Notes: a model not told the origin generated them from the letters alone. Positions 45,535 to 54,917 are shown, counted from the stretch's first letter. The stretch is 58,546 nt of DNA from Candidatus Fermentibacterota bacterium (GCA_012523605.1 JAAYTY010000056.1:1-58546); one strand, 5' to 3'. Program-made: numbers and translations.

Positions 45535-46440
45535 ATGCTGAAATTTTATTATTTCTTGAGACCCTCTCTTCCGAGAAGCCTCATCCTCTTCATCCGCAGG
45601 GTCAGGGCCCGGTTCATATACTGGCGCATTCGAGGAGTCATGGTCTCGGGTGATTCAAAGAGAACTGCTGTTCTGCCATCACCTGGCAGTGCCGGTGTTT
45701 CCACTATTCTGATGACCCACGATGTCGAGAGCTCGCAAGGACTGTCACGAATCGAAGGCCTCCGCAGAATCGAGAGACAGTTCGACATTCGATCCACATG
45801 GTGTTTCGTCGTCGACAAATACGGGGATGTAGCCGATCGTGTGAAGGATCTCGTCGAGGAGGGGTGCGAGTGTGCTGCCCACGGCCTCCATCATGACGGC
45901 AGGCTTTTCTCCGATCCCAGGCTGTTCGAAGAGAGAATGGTCATCATCCATTCCTGGGCCGCCCGAATGGGCATCGTCGGTTTCAGATCGCCCTCCATGC
46001 TGAGGGACGAAGTTCTCATGCGGAGGCTTCCCTTTCTCTGGGATTCTTCCTTCCCGGCCTGGGATCCCTTCCAGCCCCAGCCTGGCGGTTGTGGCAGGTA
46101 CGAGCCGTTCCTGCTGTCTCCCGGACTCGTAGAGCTGCCGGTGACGGTATGGCAGGACTACACGATCTTCGAAGAACTCGGCTCAAGGGACATATCTCTC
46201 TGGAAATCACAGATAAGCCAGATCCACCGGGCTGGCGGGCTCATCAACATGATCGTCCACCCGGACTACATGTCGGGAGGCAGGCGTCTGGGCCTTTTCA
46301 ACGAACTGCTCGAATACCTCTCGGAACTCCCGGGAGCGGAGTTCAGACTTCCCAGGGAGCTGGCGCAGGAATTCCTGGCTCGTTCGGAAAAGGCATCAGC
46401 CGACGATGGCCATCAGGTGACCCAACACCGAGTCCCTTGA
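45535..46440 (+). CDS. Polysaccharide deacetylase-like (CE4/NodB-type) protein
   Basis: Motifs seen: ILMTHDVES, AAHGLHHD and FRSP. The N-terminus is basic and hydrophobic. The 3' end overlaps the convergent DUF354 gene by 45 nt. Confidence 0.5.
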   Translation: MLKFYYFLRPSLPRSLILFIRRVRARFIYWRIRGVMVSGDSKRTAVLPSPGSAGVSTILMTHDVESSQGLSRIEGLRRIERQFDIRSTWCFVVDKYGDVADRVKDLVEEGCECAAHGLHHDGRLFSDPRLFEERMVIIHSWAARMGIVGFRSPSMLRDEVLMRRLPFLWDSSFPAWDPFQPQPGGCGRYEPFLLSPGLVELPVTVWQDYTIFEELGSRDISLWKSQISQIHRAGGLINMIVHPDYMSGGRRLGLFNELLEYLSELPGAEFRLPRELAQEFLARSEKASADDGHQVTQHRVP

Positions 46441-47400
46441 TTCCGGGCCGATCACGGGAGGGACTCTCTTCTCCGGTTTTATCACCAGCTTGTCGAGGTC
46501 TGCAGGCTCACGGATGCCGACCAGCCTGCCCGCTGATTCCAGCGACCTGTCCACAGCACCCCATCGGCCCGAGAAGAAGCTGTATGATCGCACCCCCAGT
46601 GCGGCAGCCTCCCGGGTCATCGTTCCGCCCCCACCTATGACGAGATCCGATGACCAGACGAGATCAGGACCAGGTATGATCTGCTCGAGAACAGAGCAGG
46701 AAAGACCCGCCGATTCCATTCTTTGCTTCAGTTCCATCGACTGCCGTGCGCTTCGGGGGACCAGCCGTACATGCACATCGCCGGAAGAGGCCAGGAAGTC
46801 AATCGTACCACTCAGCAGTCTGGTGCTCTTCTCGGAATAATAGTGCGCTGTTGTTCCTTCAGGTCTCAAGAGGATGATCGCCTGCCGGGCCGGAAGGTGA
46901 TCGGGCAGTTTCCATCCATGCAGATAGATATTCTCCTTGATGCCGGGATAGTGCAGAACCTTGCTGGAGTGCCTCCCCCAGGTTATGGCAGGTATCGCCT
47001 GCGGGACTATGAGCGCATTCATGAGCGGCACGAGAGACTGATCCGAGTATTCGTAGTCGTCCAGGCAGACACAGGTGACACCCATGAGTCTGGCGGCTAT
47101 CACCTGGCTTCTTGATCCGTGACTCAGCGCAAGCGCGGGGCGAGATCCCGAAAAATGCCTGACAAGAGCTGCAGCCCTGCTGAAAGATGCAAGCGATTTT
47201 CGCAACTTGCTCCGTGTTGCGGGTGAACCCCCGATTTCCACAACAGGCAATCCGAGCATTCTGCAAACCTGGATGGTGATGGAGAACCTGCGAGCTGTGA
47301 AGACGATCTCGAATCCCTTGACGACCAGTGAATCGGCGAGCGGTTTCATGACCCATGCCTGAGGGGCATTCTCGATGTCGATCCAAACGGTCCTTCTGAT
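46396..47400 (-). CDS. DUF354 family protein (GT-B-like, uncharacterised glycan enzyme)
   Basis: VWIDIENAPQAWVMKPLADSLVVKGFEIVFTAR matches the conserved DUF354 N-terminus, but most of it lies upstream of the first canonical start (ATG 47349). A perfect AGGAGG sits 7 nt before an in-frame ATC at 47400, and an in-frame stop lies at 47425-47427. The conservative coordinates are 46396-47349. Confidence 0.6.
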   Translation of the reverse strand: MRRTVWIDIENAPQAWVMKPLADSLVVKGFEIVFTARRFSITIQVCRMLGLPVVEIGGSPATRSKLRKSLASFSRAAALVRHFSGSRPALALSHGSRSQVIAARLMGVTCVCLDDYEYSDQSLVPLMNALIVPQAIPAITWGRHSSKVLHYPGIKENIYLHGWKLPDHLPARQAIILLRPEGTTAHYYSEKSTRLLSGTIDFLASSGDVHVRLVPRSARQSMELKQRMESAGLSCSVLEQIIPGPDLVWSSDLVIGGGGTMTREAAALGVRSYSFFSGRWGAVDRSLESAGRLVGIREPADLDKLVIKPEKRVPPVIGPESRDSVLGHLMAIVG

Positions 47401-47450
47401 GCGTGATCCTCCTGCAGTCAGTGCCTATTTCTGGAAACATCGCTGGATCG

Positions 47451-47479
47451 GTGTCATAAGTCGAATATGCCTGTATATT
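47451..47479 (+). promoter_or_regulatory. Candidate sigma70-like promoter for the ATP-grasp/PSD-like operon
   Basis: GTGTCA-N17-TATATT lies 31 nt upstream of the TTG start at 47511. Confidence 0.3.
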
Positions 47480-47510
47480 CAAGTTCTGGAGAGAGAACCG
47501 GGAGGGCCGG

Positions 47511-48701
47511 TTGGTCCGTTTCAACCATTCCAGAGGAGTGCTGGTTCTAGGCATCGAGAGCCAGGGGCTTGCAATCCTCAGATCTCTCGGAAGGGCCGGG
47601 ATCAGCACGGTTCTCCTCGACCAAGACTCATGGGGGGTAGCCCGCTTCTCCAGATACGGTTCACCATTCTTCAGAACCCCCCGATACAGCGATCATCGGG
47701 CATTTGCCGATTTCCTCCTCGAGGTTGCCGACAGACTGGGCCTCGAGCACGGCGGTTGGACCCTGTTCCCCACTGATGACGACCAGGTCGAGGCGATTTC
47801 CAGGTTCGGCGAAAAGCTGAGCGAGGTATTCAAGATACGGGTCCCGTGCTGGGAGGTAGTATCGAGAGTGCTGAGGAAAAACCTCTTCTACACCACTGCC
47901 GACGAGCTGGGGATCCCACACCCCAGGAGCTGGTTCCCCATAGGGGAATTGAACCCGTCGGACCTCGAATACCCGGTGATCATCAAGCCTGTGACGAAGA
48001 CAAGGTTCGGCCCGGAGTTCAGGGTGAAGGCGATCAAGATTTCAGGACCCGAAGATCTGGAAAGGACTATCGACCACCTTGCGAGCAGGGTCCCTATCGA
48101 TGACATGCTCGTCCAGGAATTCGTTCCCGGCCGGGGTGACTGCCAGATGTCCTTCGCATCCATTCGCACGCTGGACGGGCGGACAGCGGGCTTCACTGCG
48201 GTGAGGAAAAGACAGCATCCTCCTGAATTCGGCAAGGCGAGCACATACGTGAAGGCAGAAGCGATCCCGGAGATCATCGAGTACTCTCAGCGCCTCCTCT
48301 CTCACCTGGACTATCATGGCGTGTCCGAAATCGAGTTCAAGAGAGATTCCGGAACCGGGGTCGTCAAGATGCTCGAGATGAACGCCAGATTCTGGGGATG
48401 GCACTCCATCGGCTCCAGGTGCGGGCTTGATCTCCCCCGGCTCTTGTTCGATGATATCTTCGGAAGTTCGGATGTCATGCCGGGGATGAGGGATTGTTCT
48501 GCTCAATGGGTGAAGATCCCTACGGATCTTCCGATTGCGCTGGGTGAAATCGTTGCAGGCAGAACCTCTTTCATCGATACTTTGAGGTTGTACCTGGGGA
48601 TCGGCAACGTCGAGAATGCGACATTCAGTCCTGAAGACCCTTTTCCCTTCTTCGCGGAGATAGCTCTGATCCCGTACCTGATGGCCAGGAGAGGTTATTA
48701 A
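47511..48701 (+). CDS. ATP-grasp enzyme (carboxylate-amine ligase type, COG3919-like)
   Basis: The TTG start follows GGGAGG with a 4-nt spacer. Motifs seen: VLVLG......A..RSLGRAGI, YPVIIKP, VQEFVPG and GVSEIEFKRD...G.VKMLEMNARFW. Confidence 0.7.
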   Translation: MVRFNHSRGVLVLGIESQGLAILRSLGRAGISTVLLDQDSWGVARFSRYGSPFFRTPRYSDHRAFADFLLEVADRLGLEHGGWTLFPTDDDQVEAISRFGEKLSEVFKIRVPCWEVVSRVLRKNLFYTTADELGIPHPRSWFPIGELNPSDLEYPVIIKPVTKTRFGPEFRVKAIKISGPEDLERTIDHLASRVPIDDMLVQEFVPGRGDCQMSFASIRTLDGRTAGFTAVRKRQHPPEFGKASTYVKAEAIPEIIEYSQRLLSHLDYHGVSEIEFKRDSGTGVVKMLEMNARFWGWHSIGSRCGLDLPRLLFDDIFGSSDVMPGMRDCSAQWVKIPTDLPIALGEIVAGRTSFIDTLRLYLGIGNVENATFSPEDPFPFFAEIALIPYLMARRGY

Positions 48702-49538
48702 ATGTTCGATGGATTGCTTTTTGAACTCATTCTATCGGTCGTTGCAGCACATCTCGTGATGGTGCCACTGGGTATCAAGTGGCAGTTCAGGCCCCTCCAG
48801 ATCGTCGCGAGGGCTCTTTTCATGTCGATGATCTGCCTCGTTGCATTGATGCTGCTACCGGACGAATGGGGCCTTTGGATCAGATTCGCAGCGGGGGTCT
48901 GCCTGGCGATTCTGCAGATTCCCCTTGTTATCCTGCCTTTCCTCTATGCCGATCCGGAAAGGGCCGTGAAGATCGCCGAGGATATCGTGCTATCCCCGGC
49001 TGACGGCAGGATCATATACGTGAAGAAGTCCACGAAGGGCGTTCTACCTCTGGGTGAAAAGCGGGGAGAAACCTTCGAGCTCAGAGAGCTTCTCGGCATC
49101 TCTGGATTTGACGATGACTGCATACTCGTCGGGATCACCATGAACTTCCTCGATGTCCATGTGAACAGGGCGCCGGTTACGGGGGTTCTCACCAGAATCA
49201 CTGATGCAGGCGACAGCTATCTTTCCCTCAGGAAGCCTCTCGCCGTCATCCGGAATTCCAGGAGGACATCGATCTTCGAATCAGGCAATTGCTCCGTGGC
49301 TGTTGTCCAGATCGCGTCCAGGATGGTCAGGCGAATAGTTGGGTTCCACAAGGAGGGAACACGTATCGGCCAGGGCGATAGATTCGGAATGATCAGGCTG
49401 GGCTCTCAAGTTGATGTCGCAGTTCCCGGCAGTCAGGTCGAGGATGTCCTGGTGAGCAAGGGGGATCTGGTTGTGGCCGGCGTCACCCCGTTGATGAGGC
49501 TTGCAGGAATCCACCGGAATGACCGAGGGACTGAATGA
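48702..49538 (+). CDS. Phosphatidylserine-decarboxylase-family (pyruvoyl-dependent) protein with N-terminal TM segments
   Basis: Motifs seen: LSPADGRI, FLDVHVNRAPVTG and G.RFGMIRLGSQVD (the self-cleavage G-S site). The ATG directly abuts the ATP-grasp TAA stop, and AGGAGAGG lies upstream. Confidence 0.65.
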   Translation: MFDGLLFELILSVVAAHLVMVPLGIKWQFRPLQIVARALFMSMICLVALMLLPDEWGLWIRFAAGVCLAILQIPLVILPFLYADPERAVKIAEDIVLSPADGRIIYVKKSTKGVLPLGEKRGETFELRELLGISGFDDDCILVGITMNFLDVHVNRAPVTGVLTRITDAGDSYLSLRKPLAVIRNSRRTSIFESGNCSVAVVQIASRMVRRIVGFHKEGTRIGQGDRFGMIRLGSQVDVAVPGSQVEDVLVSKGDLVVAGVTPLMRLAGIHRNDRGTE

Positions 49539-49542
49539 CTTC

Positions 49543-50622
49543 TCAAGCACTGCCTCCCCGCTTGTTCGCCAGCACTTCCGAGTAGGTTTCCAGCAGCCTG
49601 GATACGGTGGTTCTGAGAGACCACTTCTCGAGAGCCATTTCCCTTCCATTGCTTCGGTTCCGACCCCGCAGGATATCTGCAGCTGCTTCTGCGAGGATAT
49701 CCGGATCAGGAGGGAAAACGCCACCCGGGCTTATACCATCGAGCTGATCCTCTACATCTCCTACAGGTGTGCTCACGACAGGCAAGTTGCAGAAGTTCGC
49801 TTCTTTCACGATGGTCGGTGACGCTTCTGTCCGCGAGGTCAGGATGACAAGGTCAACCGCGTTCAGCAGAACCGGGACTTCTTCATGCCTGTAACCGCGG
49901 AAGATCACCTCTTCGACATCTACACCGAGAGCTCCCAGCCTGTCCAGGATGCTCCTGAACAGGGGATACCCCTTTTCGAGCCTTTCGGTGCTCTCCCCGG
50001 CGAAAAGAACCTTGAGGGAGTCCTTCCCCCAACCGAGCTCCGAGCAGGCCGCCGCCCTGTCCAACGGGACGAACAATCCCTCATCAGGACCGATAGGGAT
50101 GCACTTCCTGACCCTGCCTCGCACGTGCCGCAGATCGTGCGGATTCACGACTATCGTCGCGTCTGCCAGCCTCGAAGCTATCCTCGCCAGAAGCGAGTCC
50201 TTGAAGTACAGGAGCCTTTCTCCGAGCCCCCGGGGCACCCTGGGCTCGTAGTCCCGGTACCCGAACTCCCCGTGGATATGGAGAACCAGCGGCAGCCTCG
50301 CGGCCAGCGCACATACGATTCCGGCGTGCGCATACTGCGCATGAACCAGGTCGTACTTCCGGCTCGACAACAACCTGGTCAGCCGTGTCACAGCCGTCAG
50401 ATAGGATGTGCGCCTCCCGGCTCCACCTTCCGGTCTGATCAGGAAGACATCGTGCCGGCCGCGGGCTTTTCCCAGACCCCTTACCATTGCCTGCACGAAG
50501 GCGCCGCTCGCTGGCCTGTCTGCAGTCGGCCACATGGCCGTCACATGAAGAACCCGCGGAGTATCCCCGGTAGCGGTATCGATGCTCACTTCGTCAGTCC
50601 CTGCATCGCAATGCATCAGCAC
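49543..50622 (-). CDS. GT4-family glycosyltransferase
   Basis: Motifs seen: VLHVTAMWP, LVHAQYAH and ILTSRTEASPTIVKEANFCNLPVVSTPVGD. The start is either GTG 50622 or ATG 50616. The gene converges on the PSD-like gene with only a 4-nt gap. Confidence 0.7.
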   Translation of the reverse strand: MLMHCDAGTDEVSIDTATGDTPRVLHVTAMWPTADRPASGAFVQAMVRGLGKARGRHDVFLIRPEGGAGRRTSYLTAVTRLTRLLSSRKYDLVHAQYAHAGIVCALAARLPLVLHIHGEFGYRDYEPRVPRGLGERLLYFKDSLLARIASRLADATIVVNPHDLRHVRGRVRKCIPIGPDEGLFVPLDRAAACSELGWGKDSLKVLFAGESTERLEKGYPLFRSILDRLGALGVDVEEVIFRGYRHEEVPVLLNAVDLVILTSRTEASPTIVKEANFCNLPVVSTPVGDVEDQLDGISPGGVFPPDPDILAEAAADILRGRNRSNGREMALEKWSLRTTVSRLLETYSEVLANKRGGSA

Positions 50623-50658
50623 GTCCGCATTCCGGTGGAAGATCTCCCGTCAGCCCGG

Positions 50659-51216
50659 TCAGCGGATGTCAATTGCCCCGGCCTCCGTGGAGGGGCTGTC
50701 TGTCAGTCGGTTCCTGATGACTCTCGCCGGCACCCCTCCGACCACGCAGAAGTCGGGGACATCCCTGTTGACCAGCGAAAGCGCTCCCACTATCGCCCCC
50801 TCGCCGATCCGCAACCCCGGCATGATGACAGCCCGCAACCCTATCCAGGCGCCGTTCGCCACCACAGTGGCGGGATGATCCTGCTCTCCCTGGAGTGCAA
50901 CTGGAGTGTGCGGGTCCGAACAGCGGTGGGTTCTCGCGATGAAGTAGACTTCGGGCGCGATGAGAACGTTCTCGCCTATCTCGACGTTCGCAAGATGCGC
51001 TCCTTCGTTGATGTGCGAGTTCGATCCGATCCTGACGTTCTCTCCACGCCCGATATAGACTCCCTGATTGAACCTGACGTTGCTTCCCATCGCGGGAAGA
51101 ATCCGTGAGATAACGAAGCATCTCAGCCGGTTGAACAGCTTTCCTCCGGGGAAGAAATACCCGGGGAGCCTGCATGCAAAGATGTAGTAGACGATCAGCC
51201 AGAAGGACCTTATCAT
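50659..51216 (-). CDS. Left-handed beta-helix O-acetyltransferase (WcaF/maltose-acetyltransferase-like)
   Basis: The ATG at 51216 follows GGGAGAG. Hexapeptide repeats are present (IGENVLIAPEV, NGAWIGLRAVIMPGLRIGEGAIVGALSLV). Confidence 0.7.
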   Translation of the reverse strand: MIRSFWLIVYYIFACRLPGYFFPGGKLFNRLRCFVISRILPAMGSNVRFNQGVYIGRGENVRIGSNSHINEGAHLANVEIGENVLIAPEVYFIARTHRCSDPHTPVALQGEQDHPATVVANGAWIGLRAVIMPGLRIGEGAIVGALSLVNRDVPDFCVVGGVPARVIRNRLTDSPSTEAGAIDIR

Positions 51217-51304
51217 CCGGGACTCTCCCTTCCCGAAGCAGTCAATGATTCCCTGGGCTTCATGAGCAGTATGGCCTCCTGTCACGGGATCAGATCTATG
51301 CGGA

Positions 51305-52555
51305 TCATAGCACTCTGTTCTGCATTGCGATGAGCCGGGAGAGGCTTGTCTCGATCGCGGAGTCAATCGGGATCCTTCCACCGAGCAGGGCTTCGACGGA
51401 GCGTCTTTCCGAGTATTCGATGACTTCATGCTCCCGGAGAAGGCTCAGGAGAGCTTCCCCGATCCTGTTCACTGCGGGGCCGTCGGACCTGCCGAGGTAC
51501 TTGCGCCTCATGCCCCGTGCAGCTGTGAACATCCATGCGGCGGGGCCGGGATCGAGCCTGGGGCTGTAACCTCTGTCCGTTGCGAAATCCAGCAGGTCCG
51601 GGCACAGTCTGGACAGGATGTTCCGATAGAGCCTCCGACTCAGCATGGTATTCTGCAGATTGTTCTTCAGCCCTCTCCTGTCGCTCAGCCGGAACCTGCT
51701 GCAAAGGCATGCCTCGACGAAATCCCCGGCAAGAAACGGAAGCTTCACGAAACCCGGGCGGCAGATGCTTGAGGCGAGGTTGCAGAACAAGCCGGGATAA
51801 GCGAACAGCGCCAGCCAGGAAACCCCCTTCTGTTCACCTGAGGTTCCCGGCAACCCCGAGAGAGCTGTCTCCAGGCTGGCCAGGTAGCCGTCGTCGAAGA
51901 CTGCAGGATCGAAGAGACATGGAACCTCGATGGGCACGCGTGGGCGCAGACCCAGGACTCCTGCCACATACTGCGGCATCGCTTCGGACGGAAGGGAGGG
52001 TGGCCTGATGATCTCTCCCTCTCCCCAGAACAGGATGTCCGCTTCTTCGGCGGTTCTTGCCAGCGAAGCAACGATGTGGCTCTTTTCGAGCCTTGGAATC
52101 CTGTCGCCGGATGCAAGCATCTCTCTCATTGTCTGCAATATCTCGACACTGGTCAACGAAGCCGGGTCTATGATGCGATGTCGAAGACCGAAGTGCCTCG
52201 CCATGGCGGCTACCAGCTGCTCCTCGCGGGTTGGATTGGGGATGGTCCACGTGAAGAGAACCGGGCGCAGCCCCTGTTCGAGAAGTGCTGCAAGAAGAAG
52301 CCTGGAATCGTAGCCGGCCGACATCAGAAGACCCACTCGAGAAGCACGTTCTGTCAGCGTGCAGACGGTCTTCCCCAGCACATCCGCAATGTGGGACTCA
52401 TCCGGCCACGGGCGAGTTCCGAAGGCCGATTCCAGGCCGGGCCTGGCTGACAGAGCCAGTGGAAGCACCGGCTCGTGGGAGCAGTCAGCACCATCGAACG
52501 CTCCACCGCGGGGCAGAAACCCGAGATGCGCTAACCAGGCCGGCCGGTATTGCAC
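51305..52555 (-). CDS. Asparagine-synthetase-like PP-loop adenylating domain protein (no glutaminase domain)
   Basis: It has a PP-loop-type SGGxDS variant (LLMSAGYDSRLL). At 416 aa it has no N-terminal Cys/Ntn domain. It has a GTG start. Confidence 0.5.
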   Translation of the reverse strand: MQYRPAWLAHLGFLPRGGAFDGADCSHEPVLPLALSARPGLESAFGTRPWPDESHIADVLGKTVCTLTERASRVGLLMSAGYDSRLLLAALLEQGLRPVLFTWTIPNPTREEQLVAAMARHFGLRHRIIDPASLTSVEILQTMREMLASGDRIPRLEKSHIVASLARTAEEADILFWGEGEIIRPPSLPSEAMPQYVAGVLGLRPRVPIEVPCLFDPAVFDDGYLASLETALSGLPGTSGEQKGVSWLALFAYPGLFCNLASSICRPGFVKLPFLAGDFVEACLCSRFRLSDRRGLKNNLQNTMLSRRLYRNILSRLCPDLLDFATDRGYSPRLDPGPAAWMFTAARGMRRKYLGRSDGPAVNRIGEALLSLLREHEVIEYSERRSVEALLGGRIPIDSAIETSLSRLIAMQNRVL

Positions 52556-52558
52556 GAA

Positions 52559-53833
52559 TCAGTCCCCTGTTCCCGACAGAGAGGGGAATCCCGCGCCCGG
52601 CTTCCCTGTTCCGGAATCGGTCAGGGCTTCGTAGAGCTTGAACATGGTTTCAGACCAGCGCTCGATCGAGAAGGAATCGAGAATCCGGTTGCGGCCTGCC
52701 CCGCGCGCCCTCGCCCTCCACTCGGGCAGGCTGCCGAGCATCGATTCGATGGCCTCCGAATACGCTTCCGGGGTGGGATCGACGGCACAGACCCCGTGCT
52801 CCGGGCCGAACAGCCTGGACAGCGCTCCCGTGTTGGCACCGACAAGGGGGACGCCCATGGCGAGGCTCTCGTAAACCGAGTTGTTGACGGATTCGCCGCA
52901 CCACGGTTCCCAGGAAACGAGCGTGAGGTCCGCCGTAGCAAAAAGGCGCTCGATGTCCAGCCTGGTTCCGAGGAAGATCGTCCTGCAGTTTCCGATTCCA
53001 CTCGCCAGGTTTTCGATTCTCCCCCTTTCTTCGCCTTCGCCGATGTAGATGAAGCAGATGTGCCTTTCAGTCCTCTCTGCAACGAGCCTCTGCGCATTCA
53101 CAATCAGATCGAAATCGACAGCCTTGCGGAAATTCCTGGGGTGGATGATCACGATATCATCCGGTCGTAGCGAGAGCTCTTCCCTCATGCCGGCGACGAC
53201 CTCCGGCTCGAACTGTTTCGTGTCTATCCCGTTATGGATGCAGAGCAGGCGATCCTTCCCTGCTATTCCGAGCTCTGCCAGTTTATCCCTGATCAGTATG
53301 GAGTTGGCTACATGGGCTGATACTGCTTGCCTGTCCAGGAACCTGTACCAGGCCCCTCCCAGAATGGCCTTGAGGGCGTTAGGCCTGGCTGGACCGCCCC
53401 TCCAGTGGGCGACGATCGAGATATCCGGGTACCTGAGAATCTTGAGAATCGAGGCCATCCAGAGGTGCGAAGCCCCGAAGTGAGTATGGACCAGATTTAT
53501 CCGATGCTTCGCCATCACCCTGTCGATCCGGCGTATCTCCCTCAGTCCGAAGGGATAGCCCTCTGAGGGAACGATCTCCACCCGGCATCCTTCGTCTTCG
53601 AAGACCTTGGCCCACCATTTCCTCTCGGGCAGAACGAGTGTCATTTCGTTTCCTGATCCGACCAGCCTGCTTCCCAGGGATAGCAGACTGGAACCGAAAC
53701 TCCCGAGGTGCTCCGGCGAGAACTCGGCCATCTCGAGAGCTCTGATTCCAGCTTCTTTCACAGGACCACTCTTATCGAATAAGTCAGGCCGGACCTCACC
53801 GGAATCCCTGGATTCATCCCTGGCATTTTCCAT
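52559..53833 (-). CDS. GT4-family glycosyltransferase
   Basis: Motifs seen: LVHTHF, IHNGIDT and WEPWCGESVNNSVYESLAMGVPLV. The start is uncertain, with an alternative ATG at 53731. Confidence 0.65.
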   Translation of the reverse strand: MENARDESRDSGEVRPDLFDKSGPVKEAGIRALEMAEFSPEHLGSFGSSLLSLGSRLVGSGNEMTLVLPERKWWAKVFEDEGCRVEIVPSEGYPFGLREIRRIDRVMAKHRINLVHTHFGASHLWMASILKILRYPDISIVAHWRGGPARPNALKAILGGAWYRFLDRQAVSAHVANSILIRDKLAELGIAGKDRLLCIHNGIDTKQFEPEVVAGMREELSLRPDDIVIIHPRNFRKAVDFDLIVNAQRLVAERTERHICFIYIGEGEERGRIENLASGIGNCRTIFLGTRLDIERLFATADLTLVSWEPWCGESVNNSVYESLAMGVPLVGANTGALSRLFGPEHGVCAVDPTPEAYSEAIESMLGSLPEWRARARGAGRNRILDSFSIERWSETMFKLYEALTDSGTGKPGAGFPSLSGTGD

Positions 53834-54917
53834 CCCGGCAGTCGTTGCACAAAAGACCCATATAGAGATCGCTCAGCTTCGCGGTCATCACTTCGGGCGA
53901 GTATTCCGCTGCTCTAGACAAGGCCTTGACTGACATCTCGTGACGGAAGCCTCGATCCATCAGGCGTCTCAGACAACCTGCCGCGGATTCCGGCGAACCG
54001 GGATCGAAGAGCAGGCCATATTGCCCGTTTCCGATAAGTTCCCTGAGTGCGGGAATGTCCGAGAGGACGACAGGCAGTCCGACAGCCATCGCTTCGGCTG
54101 CAGCAATGCCGAAGGTTTCCGAGAGACTTGCCAGCGCGAAGGCATCGTAGTTCTTCAGCAGCCCAGGAACATCGTCTATCGTGCCCAGGATTCTCACCCT
54201 GTCTTCCAGGCGGGTCTCGTTGATGATCTTGACCAATGAATCCCTGAAACGCGGGTGGCCGTCTCCAACCAGATCGAGAGTCACATCCAGTCCCTCGCTC
54301 ACAAGTATTCCCACGGCCCTCACCAGTGTTTTCTGGTCCTTCAGCATGTCGAGCCGGCCCACGCACACCAAAGCAAGTCTCCCGGTGTTCCCGAGACCCG
54401 GCATGCTGTACGGCTCCGGTCTCTCGAAGGAGGCATCGTAGCTGTTCGGAACCGATACCATCCTGCGGGCCGGGTAACCCGATCTCTCGAGATCCATGCG
54501 ATGTGATTCGGAAACCGCTACTATCCTGTCGAATCTGGCGAGGACCCACTTGTGCACCGCAAGATGCCACCCCGTCTCATGCCCGTGGACGGTGGCCACC
54601 AGCTTCACTCCCGTCGCTTTGGAAGCCAGGTAGGCGTGAAATGCATCTACCACTCCATTGCAGTGAACTATTTCGATCTTCTTATCCTCTATGTAACGGT
54701 GCAGCCTCTTCACCGCCGGCATCGAGAACGAGGCTTTTCTGCCCAGTAGAATGCTATCCGATGCAAGGGCGGCAGCCCTGTCTGCCAACCTGCCTGGTTT
54801 CCCGAGAATGCAGAGACAGGCATCAACACGGGATCCTTTGAACTGGCCGAGCAATGTGACCAGGAGCCGCTCCTTGCCGCCGACATCGAGTGAGTCATCC
54901 ATGAAAAGCACTCTCAT
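53814..54917 (-). CDS. GT4-family glycosyltransferase
   Basis: The start is the ATG at 54917 (MRVLFMDDSLDVGGKERL), which overlaps the upstream stop (ATGA). Motifs seen: VHCNG and LASLSETFGIAAAEAMAVGLPVV. Confidence 0.75.
   Translation of the reverse strand: MRVLFMDDSLDVGGKERLLVTLLGQFKGSRVDACLCILGKPGRLADRAAALASDSILLGRKASFSMPAVKRLHRYIEDKKIEIVHCNGVVDAFHAYLASKATGVKLVATVHGHETGWHLAVHKWVLARFDRIVAVSESHRMDLERSGYPARRMVSVPNSYDASFERPEPYSMPGLGNTGRLALVCVGRLDMLKDQKTLVRAVGILVSEGLDVTLDLVGDGHPRFRDSLVKIINETRLEDRVRILGTIDDVPGLLKNYDAFALASLSETFGIAAAEAMAVGLPVVLSDIPALRELIGNGQYGLLFDPGSPESAAGCLRRLMDRGFRHEMSVKALSRAAEYSPEVMTAKLSDLYMGLLCNDCRDGKCQG

Noticed and set aside
46396-49543. Convergent gene ends either overlap (46396-46440, and 723-737 elsewhere) or leave only 4 nt (49538/49543). 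These could hide antisense regulation.
   Set aside because: The arrangement is real in the sequence. However, overlapping convergent 3' ends are common in compact genomes, no hairpin or conserved element is visible, and nothing can be tested from sequence alone.
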